A stretch of DNA of 64,000 nucleotides from Tagaea sp. (GCA_965279525.1 CBDIIB010000005.1:1600001-1664000), one strand, 5' to 3'. Shown: positions 21,375 to 31,343, counted from the stretch's first letter. The notes: generated by a model from the sequence alone, not told the origin. Program-made: numbers and translations.

Positions 21375-21383
21375 CGGGGCGAC

Positions 21384-23216
21384 ATGGACAGGCAGCCGGA
21401 AGCGATCGACGACGAGGAAGACGACGACGAACCGGTCGAAGCCGAGCGCCGCCAGTTCACCTTTGCCGATGTCCGGGCCTCGCTTGGCGCGCTGTGGCGC
21501 TTCCTCGCCCCCTACATCCTGCGCCGGCCGCGTGCGCTGTGGGCGCTGGCGGCGTGCATCGGCGTCGAGACCGCCTTCAATGTCGCGTTTCCGCTCTGTC
21601 TCAAATACCTGCTCGACTCGGTCCTCGACGAAGGTCGGTGGGACACGCTGGTCCTGCTCCTGTCGCTGCTGGCGGGGCTTGGTGCGGTCGCCGCCGTCGC
21701 GATGGTCGCGGGCGAGTGGCTGAATGCGCGCCTGGGTGCCGAGGCGATGTCCTCGATCCGCGTCGACCTGTTCGACCGCATCCAGCGCGTCACGCTCAGC
21801 TATATCGACCGCGCGCAATCGGGCCGGATCCTGTCGCGCCTGTCGAACGACGTCGGCACGCTCGACAGCATCGTCATGCACGGCGTCGATTGGGGGTTGC
21901 TGCCGCTGCTCGAGCTTGTCGGCGCCATCGCGCTGCTGTTCTGGCTTTCGCCGGAGATGGCGGTCGTGGCGATGGCCATCTTCCCGCTGACGCTTCTGGG
22001 GCCGCGCCTGTTCGCACCGCGCGCGGTCGAAGCGGGTTACCGCCTCAAGCGCCGGATGGCCGATGCGCTGTCGGCGACCGGCGAAAGCCTGGGCGCGCAG
22101 AAGCTGGTCCGCGCCTATGCGCTCCAGCGCCGCCTGGCGACGCGATACCGCGCGCGCAACGCGAACGTCCGCCGCGGCGCGTTCCGCGTGCGGTTCTTCG
22201 AAGCGCTGATCGAGCGCTCGGCGGCCATCTCCGTCCTCGTCCTGCACCTCGCCGTCTTCGGCATCGGTGCGGTACTGACGTTCGAGGAAGTCATCACGGT
22301 GGGCACGTTCATCGCGTTCGAATCGGTGTTCTGGGAGCTCAGCTACAACATCGTGCATCTCACCCAGTTCATACCCGACGTGGTCGGCGGTGCGGCGGCA
22401 CTGCGCCATATCGACGAGTTCCGCGAGGCACCCGCCGCTCCCGCGGATCTGCCGAATGCGCCCGAAGCGGCACAGTTCCGGCACGAGATCCGGTTCGAGA
22501 ATGTCGGGTTCGCCTATGACGACGCGCAGCCGTGCCTTGCCGACGTGTCGTTCGCCATCCCGTCGGGCAGCAGGGTCGCGATCGTCGGCGAGAGCGGATC
22601 GGGAAAGAGCACGCTGCTGGCTCTGCTGCTGCGCCTGCATCTGCCGCAGACGGGGCGCATCCTGATGGACGGCGTCGACATGGCGAACTTGTCGGGCGAC
22701 AGCCTGCGCGCCCAGATGGCCATCGTGTTCCAGGACAACGTGCTGTTCGGCACGACGATCCGCGAGAACATCCGGCTCGGCAGCCGTGCTGCACAGGATG
22801 CCGACATCGCGGCCGCCGCCAGGCAGGCGGGGATCCACCGCTTCATCATGTCGCTGCCGGACGGCTACGACACGCTCCTGGGCGAGCGCGGCGATACGCT
22901 TTCGCAAGGCCAGCGCCAGCGCATCGGCATCGCGCGCGCGATGGTACGCAATCCGGCGATCCTGCTGCTCGACGAGGCGACCTCGGCGCTCGATTCCACG
23001 ACCCGCGGCGAGATCCTCGCCACGCTGGCGAAAGTCGGCAAGGACCGCACGCTCGTGACGGTCACGCACGACCTGGCGGCGGTCGTCGCGTACGACCGGA
23101 TCTTCGTGCTGGCCGAAGGCCGGATCGTCCAGCAGGGTCGCCACGACGAGCTTGTCGCCGCCGACGGTCCCTATCGCCGCCTGTGGCGCCAGACGCCTTC
23201 GGGTGCTGACGACTGA
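21384..23216 (+). CDS. ABC exporter, fused TMD+NBD (MsbA/ABCB-like)
   Basis: About 6 TM helices, then GESGSGKST, Q-loop VFQD, LSQGQRQR, LLLDEATSALD and THDL. Confidence 0.9.
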   Translation: MDRQPEAIDDEEDDDEPVEAERRQFTFADVRASLGALWRFLAPYILRRPRALWALAACIGVETAFNVAFPLCLKYLLDSVLDEGRWDTLVLLLSLLAGLGAVAAVAMVAGEWLNARLGAEAMSSIRVDLFDRIQRVTLSYIDRAQSGRILSRLSNDVGTLDSIVMHGVDWGLLPLLELVGAIALLFWLSPEMAVVAMAIFPLTLLGPRLFAPRAVEAGYRLKRRMADALSATGESLGAQKLVRAYALQRRLATRYRARNANVRRGAFRVRFFEALIERSAAISVLVLHLAVFGIGAVLTFEEVITVGTFIAFESVFWELSYNIVHLTQFIPDVVGGAAALRHIDEFREAPAAPADLPNAPEAAQFRHEIRFENVGFAYDDAQPCLADVSFAIPSGSRVAIVGESGSGKSTLLALLLRLHLPQTGRILMDGVDMANLSGDSLRAQMAIVFQDNVLFGTTIRENIRLGSRAAQDADIAAAARQAGIHRFIMSLPDGYDTLLGERGDTLSQGQRQRIGIARAMVRNPAILLLDEATSALDSTTRGEILATLAKVGKDRTLVTVTHDLAAVVAYDRIFVLAEGRIVQQGRHDELVAADGPYRRLWRQTPSGADD

Positions 23217-23301
23217 GCGGACGCGACACCGGCCGGATGTCGTGTATAGAGTCTACCCACCGGATCGGGCGGCATCCCGGCCACCAATGAAGGAGTCGGC
23301 C

Positions 23302-23757
23302 ATGAAATCGCGAGCAATACTCCAGGGATTGGCGCTCGTCGTCGCGATCCTCGCAGCCCCGTTCGCGTATGCGGGCGAGAATGTCCGCGCGGACAACCGG
23401 CTGTCGATCTGGACACCGGACCAGTGGGTCGTCGTGCCGGGCGGAAAGCGCTTCGAGGCGCACAATCCGCCCACGACCGTCTACGTCGTCGCGGCGCGTC
23501 TTCCGGGCGCCGCCGCGAATGCGACGGCACTTGTGCGCGCGTATATCGAAGAAGAGCTCGACGAGGTCGAGTACAAGGGCGGTGAGTTCTCCGGAACGGC
23601 GGAGGACGAAGGCGAGGATGTCGAGTTCGTGGCGCGCTCGATCGTCGACGGCGCGGACCTGATCGTCGTGCTGACCTACGGCGAGACCGCAGTGGTCGCC
23701 CAGGCCGGTCCGCGGCAGGCGCTCGAGCGCATCCGTGCCAGCCTGAAGGCGCAATAA
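23302..23757 (+). CDS. Hypothetical secreted protein
   Basis: AAGGAG RBS; signal peptide MKSRAILQGLALVVAILAAPFAYA; GC-rich codon pattern. Confidence 0.7.
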   Translation: MKSRAILQGLALVVAILAAPFAYAGENVRADNRLSIWTPDQWVVVPGGKRFEAHNPPTTVYVVAARLPGAAANATALVRAYIEEELDEVEYKGGEFSGTAEDEGEDVEFVARSIVDGADLIVVLTYGETAVVAQAGPRQALERIRASLKAQ

Positions 23758-23770
23758 GACCACCCGCGCG

Positions 23771-25051
23771 ATGACAGATCCGTCTGCCACCCGCCTCGTC
23801 CGCCGCGAACCGGAGCCGCAGGTGCGGGTCGTCGAGGCCGATCTCTGCGTGGTCGGTGCGGGCGCCGCAGGCATGTCCGCCGCACTCGAAGCCGCGGCTC
23901 TGGGTGCGCGCGTTGTACTCGTCGATGGGGCAGCCCAGCTCGGCGGACAGTCGGTCGGCTCGGTCATCGGGACCTTCTGCGGGCTCTACTCGAACGGACC
24001 TGCGCCGGTCCAGGTCACGCACGGCATCGCCGACGGGATCATCGCCGACCTTTCGGAGTCGGGCGATCTCGAAAGCCTGCCCAGCCGCCGCAACACGCGC
24101 ATCCTGCGCTATCGGGCGAACGGACTCGTGCGCTGGTACGAGCGGCGCGCGGCGACGGCCGGGTTGAAGCTTCTTCTGGGTGCCAACATCGTGCGGGTCG
24201 CCCGTTCGGGCCGGCGGATCTCGCATGTCGATCTCGCCACGCGCTATGGCGCGTATCGGGTCGTGGCCTCGGGATTCGTCGATGCGTCGGGAGATGCGGC
24301 ATTGGCCTTCGAGGCCGGCGCTGAATGCCGCATGCCCGAACGGCCGGTCTTCGGGACGAGCATGTTCACGCTCGTTGGCGTCGATCCGGCGTTCGTCGAA
24401 CGTGCGTCGATCGAGGCGGCCCTTGCCGCGCGCGGCGCCGATTGGGGCTTGCGCCGGCGCGACGGGTTCGTCTTCGCGTCCGTGACAGGCGGCGAGGCGC
24501 TCGTCAACATGACGCATATCGACACGCCGCTCGAAGCGCTTGCCGCGGCCGATGCGATGCTCGACGGGCGTGATCAGGTCGACCGGCTCGTCGGCTTCCT
24601 GAAGGTAGAGTTCCCGCAAGCCTTCGCGAACGCCCGGGTCGACGTTTACGGCCTGCCCGGCATCCGGCAGACGCGCTGGATCGCCGGTGCCCGCCAGCTT
24701 GGCGTCGAGGACGTGCGTGCGGGGACGCGTTTTGACGATGCGGTGGCGCGCTGTTCGTGGCCCATCGAGCTGCACGACCGCTCCGATCTGGTAACCTGGG
24801 AGCAATTCGGCGACGACCACATGCACTACGTGCCGTTCGGCGCGCAGGTATCGCCGGCACTCGACAATCTGGTCGCGGCGGGGCGCTGCGTGGATGGCGA
24901 CGTGGCTGCCTTGTCGTCGATCCGCGTCATGGGGCCGTGCATCGCGATGGGGGCGGCGGCGGCCCACGCCCTCGATCTTGCCGGGGCAGGATCGGTCCAT
25001 CAGATCGACATCGCCGCCCTGCAGGCGCGGCTGGCTGCCAATCTGGGCTGA
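23771..25051 (+). CDS. FAD-dependent oxidoreductase (FAD_oxidored/GidA-like family)
   Basis: VVGAGAAG, FVDASGDA, GIRQTRWI, NLVAAGRC and RVMGPCIAMGAAA. Confidence 0.85.
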   Translation: MTDPSATRLVRREPEPQVRVVEADLCVVGAGAAGMSAALEAAALGARVVLVDGAAQLGGQSVGSVIGTFCGLYSNGPAPVQVTHGIADGIIADLSESGDLESLPSRRNTRILRYRANGLVRWYERRAATAGLKLLLGANIVRVARSGRRISHVDLATRYGAYRVVASGFVDASGDAALAFEAGAECRMPERPVFGTSMFTLVGVDPAFVERASIEAALAARGADWGLRRRDGFVFASVTGGEALVNMTHIDTPLEALAAADAMLDGRDQVDRLVGFLKVEFPQAFANARVDVYGLPGIRQTRWIAGARQLGVEDVRAGTRFDDAVARCSWPIELHDRSDLVTWEQFGDDHMHYVPFGAQVSPALDNLVAAGRCVDGDVAALSSIRVMGPCIAMGAAAAHALDLAGAGSVHQIDIAALQARLAANLG

Positions 25052-25095
25052 TCCGGCCTATAGTTCCCGGCGTAGACAGGCCGACGGGGCACGCG

Positions 25096-25755
25096 ATGAC
25101 GGACGACGGCATTTTCGGCCAGATCAAGCGCAAGCTGGTCGATACCAAGCGCAAATGGGCGGACGAGGGCCGGCTCCTGACGGGCGTGGCAGCCGATCCG
25201 GCGACGCGCCTGCCGCCCGGCCAGCGCGAGGTCACGACCTGGCCGGTGCTCGACATCGGCATCCAGCCGCCGGTCACGGCGAAGGACTGGCGCCTGACCG
25301 TGGACGGTCTGGTCGACAATCCGGTCGCGTGGGACTGGGCCGCGTTCCACGCCGAGAAGCAGGAAGACTTCGTCAGCGACATCCATTGCGTGACCGCGTG
25401 GTCGCGCTTCGACAATCGCTGGCGCGGCCTGTCGACCCGCCGCCTGCTGGAGATCGTGCGCCCTCAGGCGGCCGCGAAGTTCGTCATCCAGCATTCCTAT
25501 GACGGCTATACGACGAACGTGCCGCTCGAATATTTTGCGGCCGACGACGTGCTGCTGGCGCACAGCTGGGAAGGCAGGCCGATCAGCCGCGAGCATGGCG
25601 GGCCGGTGCGTCTCATCCTGCCCAAGCTCTATCTGTGGAAGAGCGCCAAGTGGCTCAACCGGATCGAGTTCGTCGCCGAGGACAAGGCCGGCTTCTGGGA
25701 AGTGCGCGGCTATCACATGCGCGGCGATCCGTGGACGGAGGAACGATATGGCTAA
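25096..25755 (+). CDS. Sulfite oxidase-like molybdopterin oxidoreductase (YuiH-like)
   Basis: RLPPGQ, DIHCVTAWS, YTTNVP, EHGGPVR, YLWKSAKW and GFWEVRGYH. Confidence 0.88.
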   Translation: MTDDGIFGQIKRKLVDTKRKWADEGRLLTGVAADPATRLPPGQREVTTWPVLDIGIQPPVTAKDWRLTVDGLVDNPVAWDWAAFHAEKQEDFVSDIHCVTAWSRFDNRWRGLSTRRLLEIVRPQAAAKFVIQHSYDGYTTNVPLEYFAADDVLLAHSWEGRPISREHGGPVRLILPKLYLWKSAKWLNRIEFVAEDKAGFWEVRGYHMRGDPWTEERYG

Positions 25756-26389
25756 GGAAAATACCGGACCGATGGCGCGGATCTCGCGCCGGGTCTTTTC
25801 GGTCGCCGCTTTCGCCGTGGCGATGGGCGGCTATTATGGCGACAGGCTGGCAGGTGCCGCGCATGCCGGGCCGATCGCTGCGGGCAAGGGAAAGACGGGA
25901 ATGACCGCTTTCGATTTCGAGTTCGTGGGTATTGACGGCGCGCCGCTCAAGCTGCGCGACTTCGCCGGCAAGCCGTTGCTTGTCGTCAACACCGCCTCGA
26001 TGTGTGGCTACACGCCGCAATACACCGAACTCGAGGCGCTGTGGCGCGCCTACAAGGACAAGGGCCTCGTGCTGGTCGGCGTGCCGTCCGACGATTTCGG
26101 CCGGCAGGAACCCGGCACCAACGCCGAGATCAAGGCCTTCTGCGAGGGCTTCGACGTGTCGTTCCCGCTCGCCGAGAAGAACGTCGTGTCGGGTGCCGCG
26201 GCGCATCCGTTCTACCGCTGGCTTGCGGCCGAGCTGGGCGAGGGTGCACTGCCGCGCTGGAACTTCTTCAAATACCTGATCGGGCGCGACGGCATGCCGC
26301 GCGGGACCTGGCCCTCGCGCGTGACGCCGATGTCGGCCGAGATGCGCAAAGCGATCGACGAGGCGCTCGCGGCGCGCCCGCATGTCTGA
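25748..26389 (+). CDS. Glutathione peroxidase (BtuE/Gpx family)
   Basis: VNTASMCGYTPQY, PSDDFGRQEPG and WNFFKYLI. An alternative start lies at 25901. Confidence 0.9.
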   Translation: MAKENTGPMARISRRVFSVAAFAVAMGGYYGDRLAGAAHAGPIAAGKGKTGMTAFDFEFVGIDGAPLKLRDFAGKPLLVVNTASMCGYTPQYTELEALWRAYKDKGLVLVGVPSDDFGRQEPGTNAEIKAFCEGFDVSFPLAEKNVVSGAAAHPFYRWLAAELGEGALPRWNFFKYLIGRDGMPRGTWPSRVTPMSAEMRKAIDEALAARPHV

Positions 26390-27530
26390 GTTCGGTGCTG
26401 TCTGCCGCGACGAGTTCCTTCTCGATCCGGCCGTCACGATCCTGAATCACGGCTCGTTCGGCGCCACGCCGCGTGTGGTGATGGACGCCGCCGAAGGCTG
26501 GCGCCGGCGCATGGAAGCCGATACGACGGGCTTCATCCGCCGCATCTGGCCGTCGGCCGTCGCCGCCGCGCGCAATGCCGCCGCATCGTTCCTGAAGGCC
26601 GATCCCGAGGGGCTGGTGCTGGTCGACAACGCCACGCAAGGGGCGAACGCGGTGCTGCAGTCGCTCTGCTTTTCACCCGGCGACGAGATCGCTATCACCA
26701 CGCACGGCTATCGGGCGGTCGCGAAGACGGTCGAGCTTGCCTGCCGGCGCACCGGTGCCGTCCCGCGCATCGTGGCGCTGCCGTTCGACGGGATTTCCGA
26801 CGACGCGGTGGTCGCGGCCGTCGGAGCCGCGATCAGGCCACGCACGAAGCTCGTCATCGTCGACCACATCACCTCGCCGACCGCACTGGTGCTGCCGGTC
26901 GCGCGTCTGGTCGCGGAAGCTCGAAAGCATGGCGTGCCGATCCTGGTCGACGGGGCGCACGCACCGGGCCAGATCGATCTCGATCTTGGCGCGCTCGATG
27001 CGGACTTCTATGTCGGTAACGCGCACAAATGGATGTTCGCGGGCAAGGGTGCGGCGATCCTTTCGGTCGCGGCGCGCTGGCGCGGGCGGATCCACCCGAC
27101 ATCGATCTCGCACGGGCTGGACAAGGGTCTGCACGCCGAGTTCGACTGGACGGGCACGCGCGACGTGGGCAGCTGGCTGTCGGTGCCCGACGGGATCGCG
27201 TTCGGCAACCGGTATGGCTGGGCGCGCATCCGTGCCCACAACGACGACCTGTGTGCGCGGGCGGCCGCGCGCATCGCGGCTGCCTACGGCACCGATATCT
27301 GCGGGCCTGCCTCCATGCGTGCCCATCTCGCGGCGATCCGGCTGCCGCTCGACGGTCCGGCGGACGAGGTACACGCACTGGCGCTCTATTCGGCCCTCTA
27401 CGACCGCCACCGGATCCAGGCGCCGGTCATGGCGTTCGGCGACCGGCTGTGGGTGCGCGTCGCGGCGCAGATCTACAACGACATGGCGCAGTACGAGCGG
27501 CTCGCCGCCGTCGACTGGAAGGCGCTCTAG
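26382..27530 (+). CDS. Class V PLP enzyme (CefD epimerase / cysteine desulfhydrase / Egt2-like)
   Basis: LNHGSFGATP, DHITSPTA, DGAHAPG, GNAHKW and WTGTRD. Confidence 0.85.
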   Translation: MSEFGAVCRDEFLLDPAVTILNHGSFGATPRVVMDAAEGWRRRMEADTTGFIRRIWPSAVAAARNAAASFLKADPEGLVLVDNATQGANAVLQSLCFSPGDEIAITTHGYRAVAKTVELACRRTGAVPRIVALPFDGISDDAVVAAVGAAIRPRTKLVIVDHITSPTALVLPVARLVAEARKHGVPILVDGAHAPGQIDLDLGALDADFYVGNAHKWMFAGKGAAILSVAARWRGRIHPTSISHGLDKGLHAEFDWTGTRDVGSWLSVPDGIAFGNRYGWARIRAHNDDLCARAAARIAAAYGTDICGPASMRAHLAAIRLPLDGPADEVHALALYSALYDRHRIQAPVMAFGDRLWVRVAAQIYNDMAQYERLAAVDWKAL

Positions 27531-28156
27531 GCGCGTTTGAGCGAGGCGGTCAGCAGGCCCGCGCCGACCAGCATGGCGCCCCCGGCGCGGTTGAGCGTGC
27601 GCATCGTGGCCGGCTTGACGACCTTCCGGCGCGCGGTGCCGAGCGCCAGCACATAGCCGCCCTGGATCGCGACTGCGAGCGCCACGAAGGTCAGCATCAG
27701 CGCCATGACCTGGGGCAGCAGCGGGTGCACCGGATCGAGGAACTGCGGCAGGAACGCCGCGAAGAACAGGATGCCCTTGGGGTTGAGCAGCGTGACCGTG
27801 AAGCTGCGCAGGATCGCCGCGCGCACGCCGACGCGCTCGGCCGGGGCGGCGTCGAGTCCGGCGGGCGGTGCGCGCCACAGGCCGATGCCGAGCCACACGA
27901 GATAGACGGCACCGATCCATTTGAGGATCTCGAAGGCGAGGGCGGAGGCCGACAGGATCGCGCTGAAGCCGAGGACCGACAGGCTGATCGCGCACACGTC
28001 GCCGACGGCGACGCCGATCAGGCTGAGGAGGCCCATCGACCGCCCACCGGAGAGCGTATGGCCGAGCACCACGAGCGTGGTCGGTCCGGGGATCGCGATC
28101 AGGATGGCGGCGGCGGCCGCGAAGGCGAGCCAGAGGTCGGGGCTGACGGGCATCAT
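27527..28156 (-). CDS. LysE/RhtB family exporter
   Basis: [17 protein letters not shown] and [17 protein letters not shown]. Confidence 0.9.
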   Translation of the reverse strand: MMPVSPDLWLAFAAAAAILIAIPGPTTLVVLGHTLSGGRSMGLLSLIGVAVGDVCAISLSVLGFSAILSASALAFEILKWIGAVYLVWLGIGLWRAPPAGLDAAPAERVGVRAAILRSFTVTLLNPKGILFFAAFLPQFLDPVHPLLPQVMALMLTFVALAVAIQGGYVLALGTARRKVVKPATMRTLNRAGGAMLVGAGLLTASLKRA

Positions 28157-28263
28157 CGCGACAGCCAGCCACGCTTCGGTCCGGTCTGGCAAGTCCCGCT
28201 TGCCGAGCCCCTGCGTCCTGGGCGATTGTCGCGCCAACGAAGAATCAGGGGAGCGACGTCCGT

Positions 28264-29820
28264 ATGCCCGGCCCGTATCTGCTTGCCATCGATCAGGGAA
28301 CCACCTCGACGCGCGCCATCGTGTTCGGCTCCGACGGCGCCCCCGTCGCGTCGGCGCAGGTCGAACTCAAGCAGCATTATCCGCAGCCCGGCTGGGTCGA
28401 GCATGATGCCGAGGATATCTGGACCGCGACAGTCTCGGTCGTTCGCCGCGCCCTTGCCAACGCGCGCCTGACGGCGGCGGACGTGGCGGCCCTCGGGATC
28501 ACCAACCAGCGCGAGACGACCGTGCTGTGGGACCGCGCGACCGGCAAGCCGATCCACAAGGCGCTTGTCTGGCAGGACCGGCGCACGGCCGACTGGTGCC
28601 GCAGGATGCGCAAGGAAGTTGGCGACGGCGAACTGGGCAAGCGCACGGGCCTGCTTTTCGACGCCTATTTCTCGGGTTCGAAGATCGCATGGCTGCTCGA
28701 CAACGTGGCCGGTGCGCGCGCTGCGGCCAAGGCCGGCAAGCTCGCCTTCGGCACGATCGACACGTTCCTGCTTTGGCGCCTGACGGGTGGAAAAGTTCAC
28801 GCGACGGACGCAACCAACGCCGCGCGCACGATGATCTTCGATATCGGCAAGCAGAAATGGGATGCGGAGCTTCTCAAGACGTTCGACATCCCGGCCTCGC
28901 TGCTGCCCGACGTGCGCGACAGCGCCGCCGATTTTGGTGCCACCGACGCGAAGCTCTTCGGCGGCGCCATCGCCATCCGCGGCATCGCCGGCGACCAGCA
29001 GGCCGCGACGGTCGGCCAGGCTTGTTTCCAGCCGGGCATGGTCAAGAGCACCTACGGTACCGGCTGTTTCATGCTGCTCAACACCGGCACGAAGTTCGTG
29101 CGCTCGAAGAACCGGCTCCTTTCCACGGTCGCCTACCGGCTCAAGGGCAAGGTCGCCTACGCGCTCGAAGGATCGATCTTCATCTCCGGCGCCGTCGTGC
29201 AGTGGGTGCGCGACGGGCTCAAAGCCGTGACCAAAGCCTCCGAAAGCGAGGCGCTCGCCATGTCGGTACCGGACAATGGCGGCGTCTATCTGGTCCCGGC
29301 CTTCACCGGGCTGGGGGCGCCCTGGTGGGATCCCGACGCGCGCGGCGCCATCTTCGGCCTGACGCGGGATTCAGGCCTGCCGCACATCGTGCGCGCGGCC
29401 CTCGAATCGACCGCCTACCAGACGCGCGACCTGATGGGCGCCATGCGGGCCGACATGGGGCCGAAAGCGGCGCTGAGGACGATCCGGGTCGATGGCGGCA
29501 TGGTCGCCAACAACTGGGTCATGCAGTTCCTCGCCGACCAGCTTGACCTCGAGGTCGACCGGCCCTTGGTCACCGAGACGACGGCCTGGGGAGCGGCGGC
29601 ACTCGCTGGCCTGGGTGCAGGTGTATATGCGTCGATCGACGACATCGCGAAGGCAAGGCAGGTGGAGCGCTGCTTCCGGCCCCGGGACGCACGCACCGTA
29701 AACGATAAATTGTATGCAGGATGGCAGGACGCGGTCGCGCGCGTGCGTTCCGATTTCGGCGGAAAACCCGCGCAGAGGGGCTTGGGGACCAAGCGGCCCC
29801 GTGCTAAAGCTACGTCATAA
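28264..29820 (+). CDS. glpK: Glycerol kinase
   Basis: [38 protein letters not shown] and [13 protein letters not shown]. Confidence 0.96.
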   Translation: MPGPYLLAIDQGTTSTRAIVFGSDGAPVASAQVELKQHYPQPGWVEHDAEDIWTATVSVVRRALANARLTAADVAALGITNQRETTVLWDRATGKPIHKALVWQDRRTADWCRRMRKEVGDGELGKRTGLLFDAYFSGSKIAWLLDNVAGARAAAKAGKLAFGTIDTFLLWRLTGGKVHATDATNAARTMIFDIGKQKWDAELLKTFDIPASLLPDVRDSAADFGATDAKLFGGAIAIRGIAGDQQAATVGQACFQPGMVKSTYGTGCFMLLNTGTKFVRSKNRLLSTVAYRLKGKVAYALEGSIFISGAVVQWVRDGLKAVTKASESEALAMSVPDNGGVYLVPAFTGLGAPWWDPDARGAIFGLTRDSGLPHIVRAALESTAYQTRDLMGAMRADMGPKAALRTIRVDGGMVANNWVMQFLADQLDLEVDRPLVTETTAWGAAALAGLGAGVYASIDDIAKARQVERCFRPRDARTVNDKLYAGWQDAVARVRSDFGGKPAQRGLGTKRPRAKATS

Positions 29821-29840
29821 AAGCTTCACGGTTCCGTCCC
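29812..29840 (+). promoter_or_regulatory. Candidate Pho box upstream of ugpB
   Basis: Heptamers ACGTCAT, GCTTCAC and CCGTCCC at 11-nt periodicity. The first 18 nt match CTGTCATAAAACTGTCAC at 13 of 18 positions. Confidence 0.45.
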
Positions 29841-29925
29841 GCAGGGGACACGCCTGAAGCCTAAACGACGCGACATCGGTTCGAAGATCGATCCGTCGCG
29901 CGCAATAGAGGAGAGGAAGAAACCC

Positions 29926-31263
29926 ATGTATCTCGGTCGTACGCTTTCGAGGACATTCCAGGCTGCGCTGCTGGCCGCCACGGCACTGACCGTCGCGACC
30001 CCGGCGTCCGCCCAGGTCGAAATCCAGTGGTGGCATGCCCTGACGGGCGCCAACAACGACGTGGTCAACCGGCTTGCCGCCGAGTTCAACGCCTCGCAGA
30101 ACGAGTACAAAGTCGTCGCGGCCTACAAGGGCTCCTATGCGGACACGATGAACGCCGGCATCGCGGCCTTCCGCGCCGGCAACGCGCCGCATATCCTTCA
30201 GGTATTCGAGGTCGGCACGGCCACGATGATGGCCGCCAAGGGCGCCATCAAGCCGGTCGCCGACCTGATGAAGGACGCCAACGAGCGGTTCGATCCCTCG
30301 TCGTACCTGCCGGCCGTCGCCGGCTACTACTCGACGGCGAAGGGCGAGATGCTGTCCTTCCCGTTCAACTCGTCCTCGACGGTGATGTGGTACAACAAGG
30401 ACGCCTTCAAGAAGGCTGGCCTCAATCCCGACGCACCGCCGAAGACCTGGCCCGAAGTGTTTGATGCCGCCAAGAAGCTGAAGGCGGCGGCGACGCCGAA
30501 CTGCGGTTTCTCGACCGCGTGGGTCACCTGGGTCAACATCGAGCAGTTTTCGGTGTGGCACAACATCCCGATCGGGACGAAGTCGAACGGCATCGACGGG
30601 TTCGACACCGTTCTCCAGATCAACTCGCCGCTGCACGTCAAGCACATCGCCAACCTCGCCGAGCTGGTGAAGGACAAGACCTACGTCTATGGCGGCCGGA
30701 CGAACACCGGCGAAGGCGCGTTCACGTCGGGCGAGTGCGGGATCCTGCTCACGTCGTCGGGCTTCTACGGCAACGTTAAGGCGAACGCCAAGTTCGACTG
30801 GGCGAATGCCGCGATGCCGTACTATCCGGACGCCGCTGGCGCCCCGCAGAACTCCACGCTGGGCGGTGCCTCGCTGTGGGTGATGGGTGGCAAGCCGAAC
30901 AATGACTACCGCGGTGTGGCGAAGTTCTTCACCTTCCTGTCCGACACCGACCGTCAGGCGAAGCTGCACACCGAATCCGGCTATCTGCCGATCACCAAGG
31001 CGGCCTACGAAAAGGTCAAGGCGTCGGGGTTCTACAAGGAGAATCCCTACCTCGAGACGCCGCTGAAGGAGCTGACCAACAAGCCGCCGACGGAGCACTC
31101 GAAGGGGCTGCGCTTCGGCAACCTCGTCCAGATCCGCGACGTGTGGTCGGAGGAGATCGAGGAAGCCCTCGCCGGCAAGAAGACGGCACAGCAGGCGATG
31201 GACGCGGCCGTAAGCCGCGGCAACACGATGCTGCGCCAGTTCGAGCGTACCGTCACACGCTGA
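29926..31263 (+). CDS. ugpB: sn-glycerol-3-phosphate ABC substrate-binding protein
   Basis: QWWHA, FEVGTATMM, PFNSS, GGASLWV, GYLPIT and KGLRFGN; strong RBS. Confidence 0.93.
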   Translation: MYLGRTLSRTFQAALLAATALTVATPASAQVEIQWWHALTGANNDVVNRLAAEFNASQNEYKVVAAYKGSYADTMNAGIAAFRAGNAPHILQVFEVGTATMMAAKGAIKPVADLMKDANERFDPSSYLPAVAGYYSTAKGEMLSFPFNSSSTVMWYNKDAFKKAGLNPDAPPKTWPEVFDAAKKLKAAATPNCGFSTAWVTWVNIEQFSVWHNIPIGTKSNGIDGFDTVLQINSPLHVKHIANLAELVKDKTYVYGGRTNTGEGAFTSGECGILLTSSGFYGNVKANAKFDWANAAMPYYPDAAGAPQNSTLGGASLWVMGGKPNNDYRGVAKFFTFLSDTDRQAKLHTESGYLPITKAAYEKVKASGFYKENPYLETPLKELTNKPPTEHSKGLRFGNLVQIRDVWSEEIEEALAGKKTAQQAMDAAVSRGNTMLRQFERTVTR

Positions 31264-31277
31264 ACTTGGGTTGACGG

Positions 31278-31307
31278 GCGGGCCGGATCCTTTGCGATCC
31301 GGCCCGC
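31278..31307 (+). terminator. Intercistronic stem-loop after ugpB
   Basis: Perfect 12-bp inverted repeat GCGGGCCGGATC-N6-GATCCGGCCCGC. Confidence 0.6.
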
Positions 31308-31343
31308 TTCGTCGTTTCGCCACGCAATCGGGAATCGCACGAC

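Noticed and set aside
19527-23144. 1205-aa antisense ORF, and similar long shadow ORFs (8984-11773 upstream part, 33911-36355, 59986-61842 upstream part, 61308-63911)
   Set aside because: They lie opposite or out of frame with well-supported genes, have Arg/Ala/Pro-rich motif-less translations, and are expected from high GC3 codon bias.
31278-31307. Strong hairpin after ugpB as a possible sRNA or REP element
   Set aside because: It is a typical stabilising or attenuating stem after an ABC binding-protein gene, and no second copy was noticed in the window.
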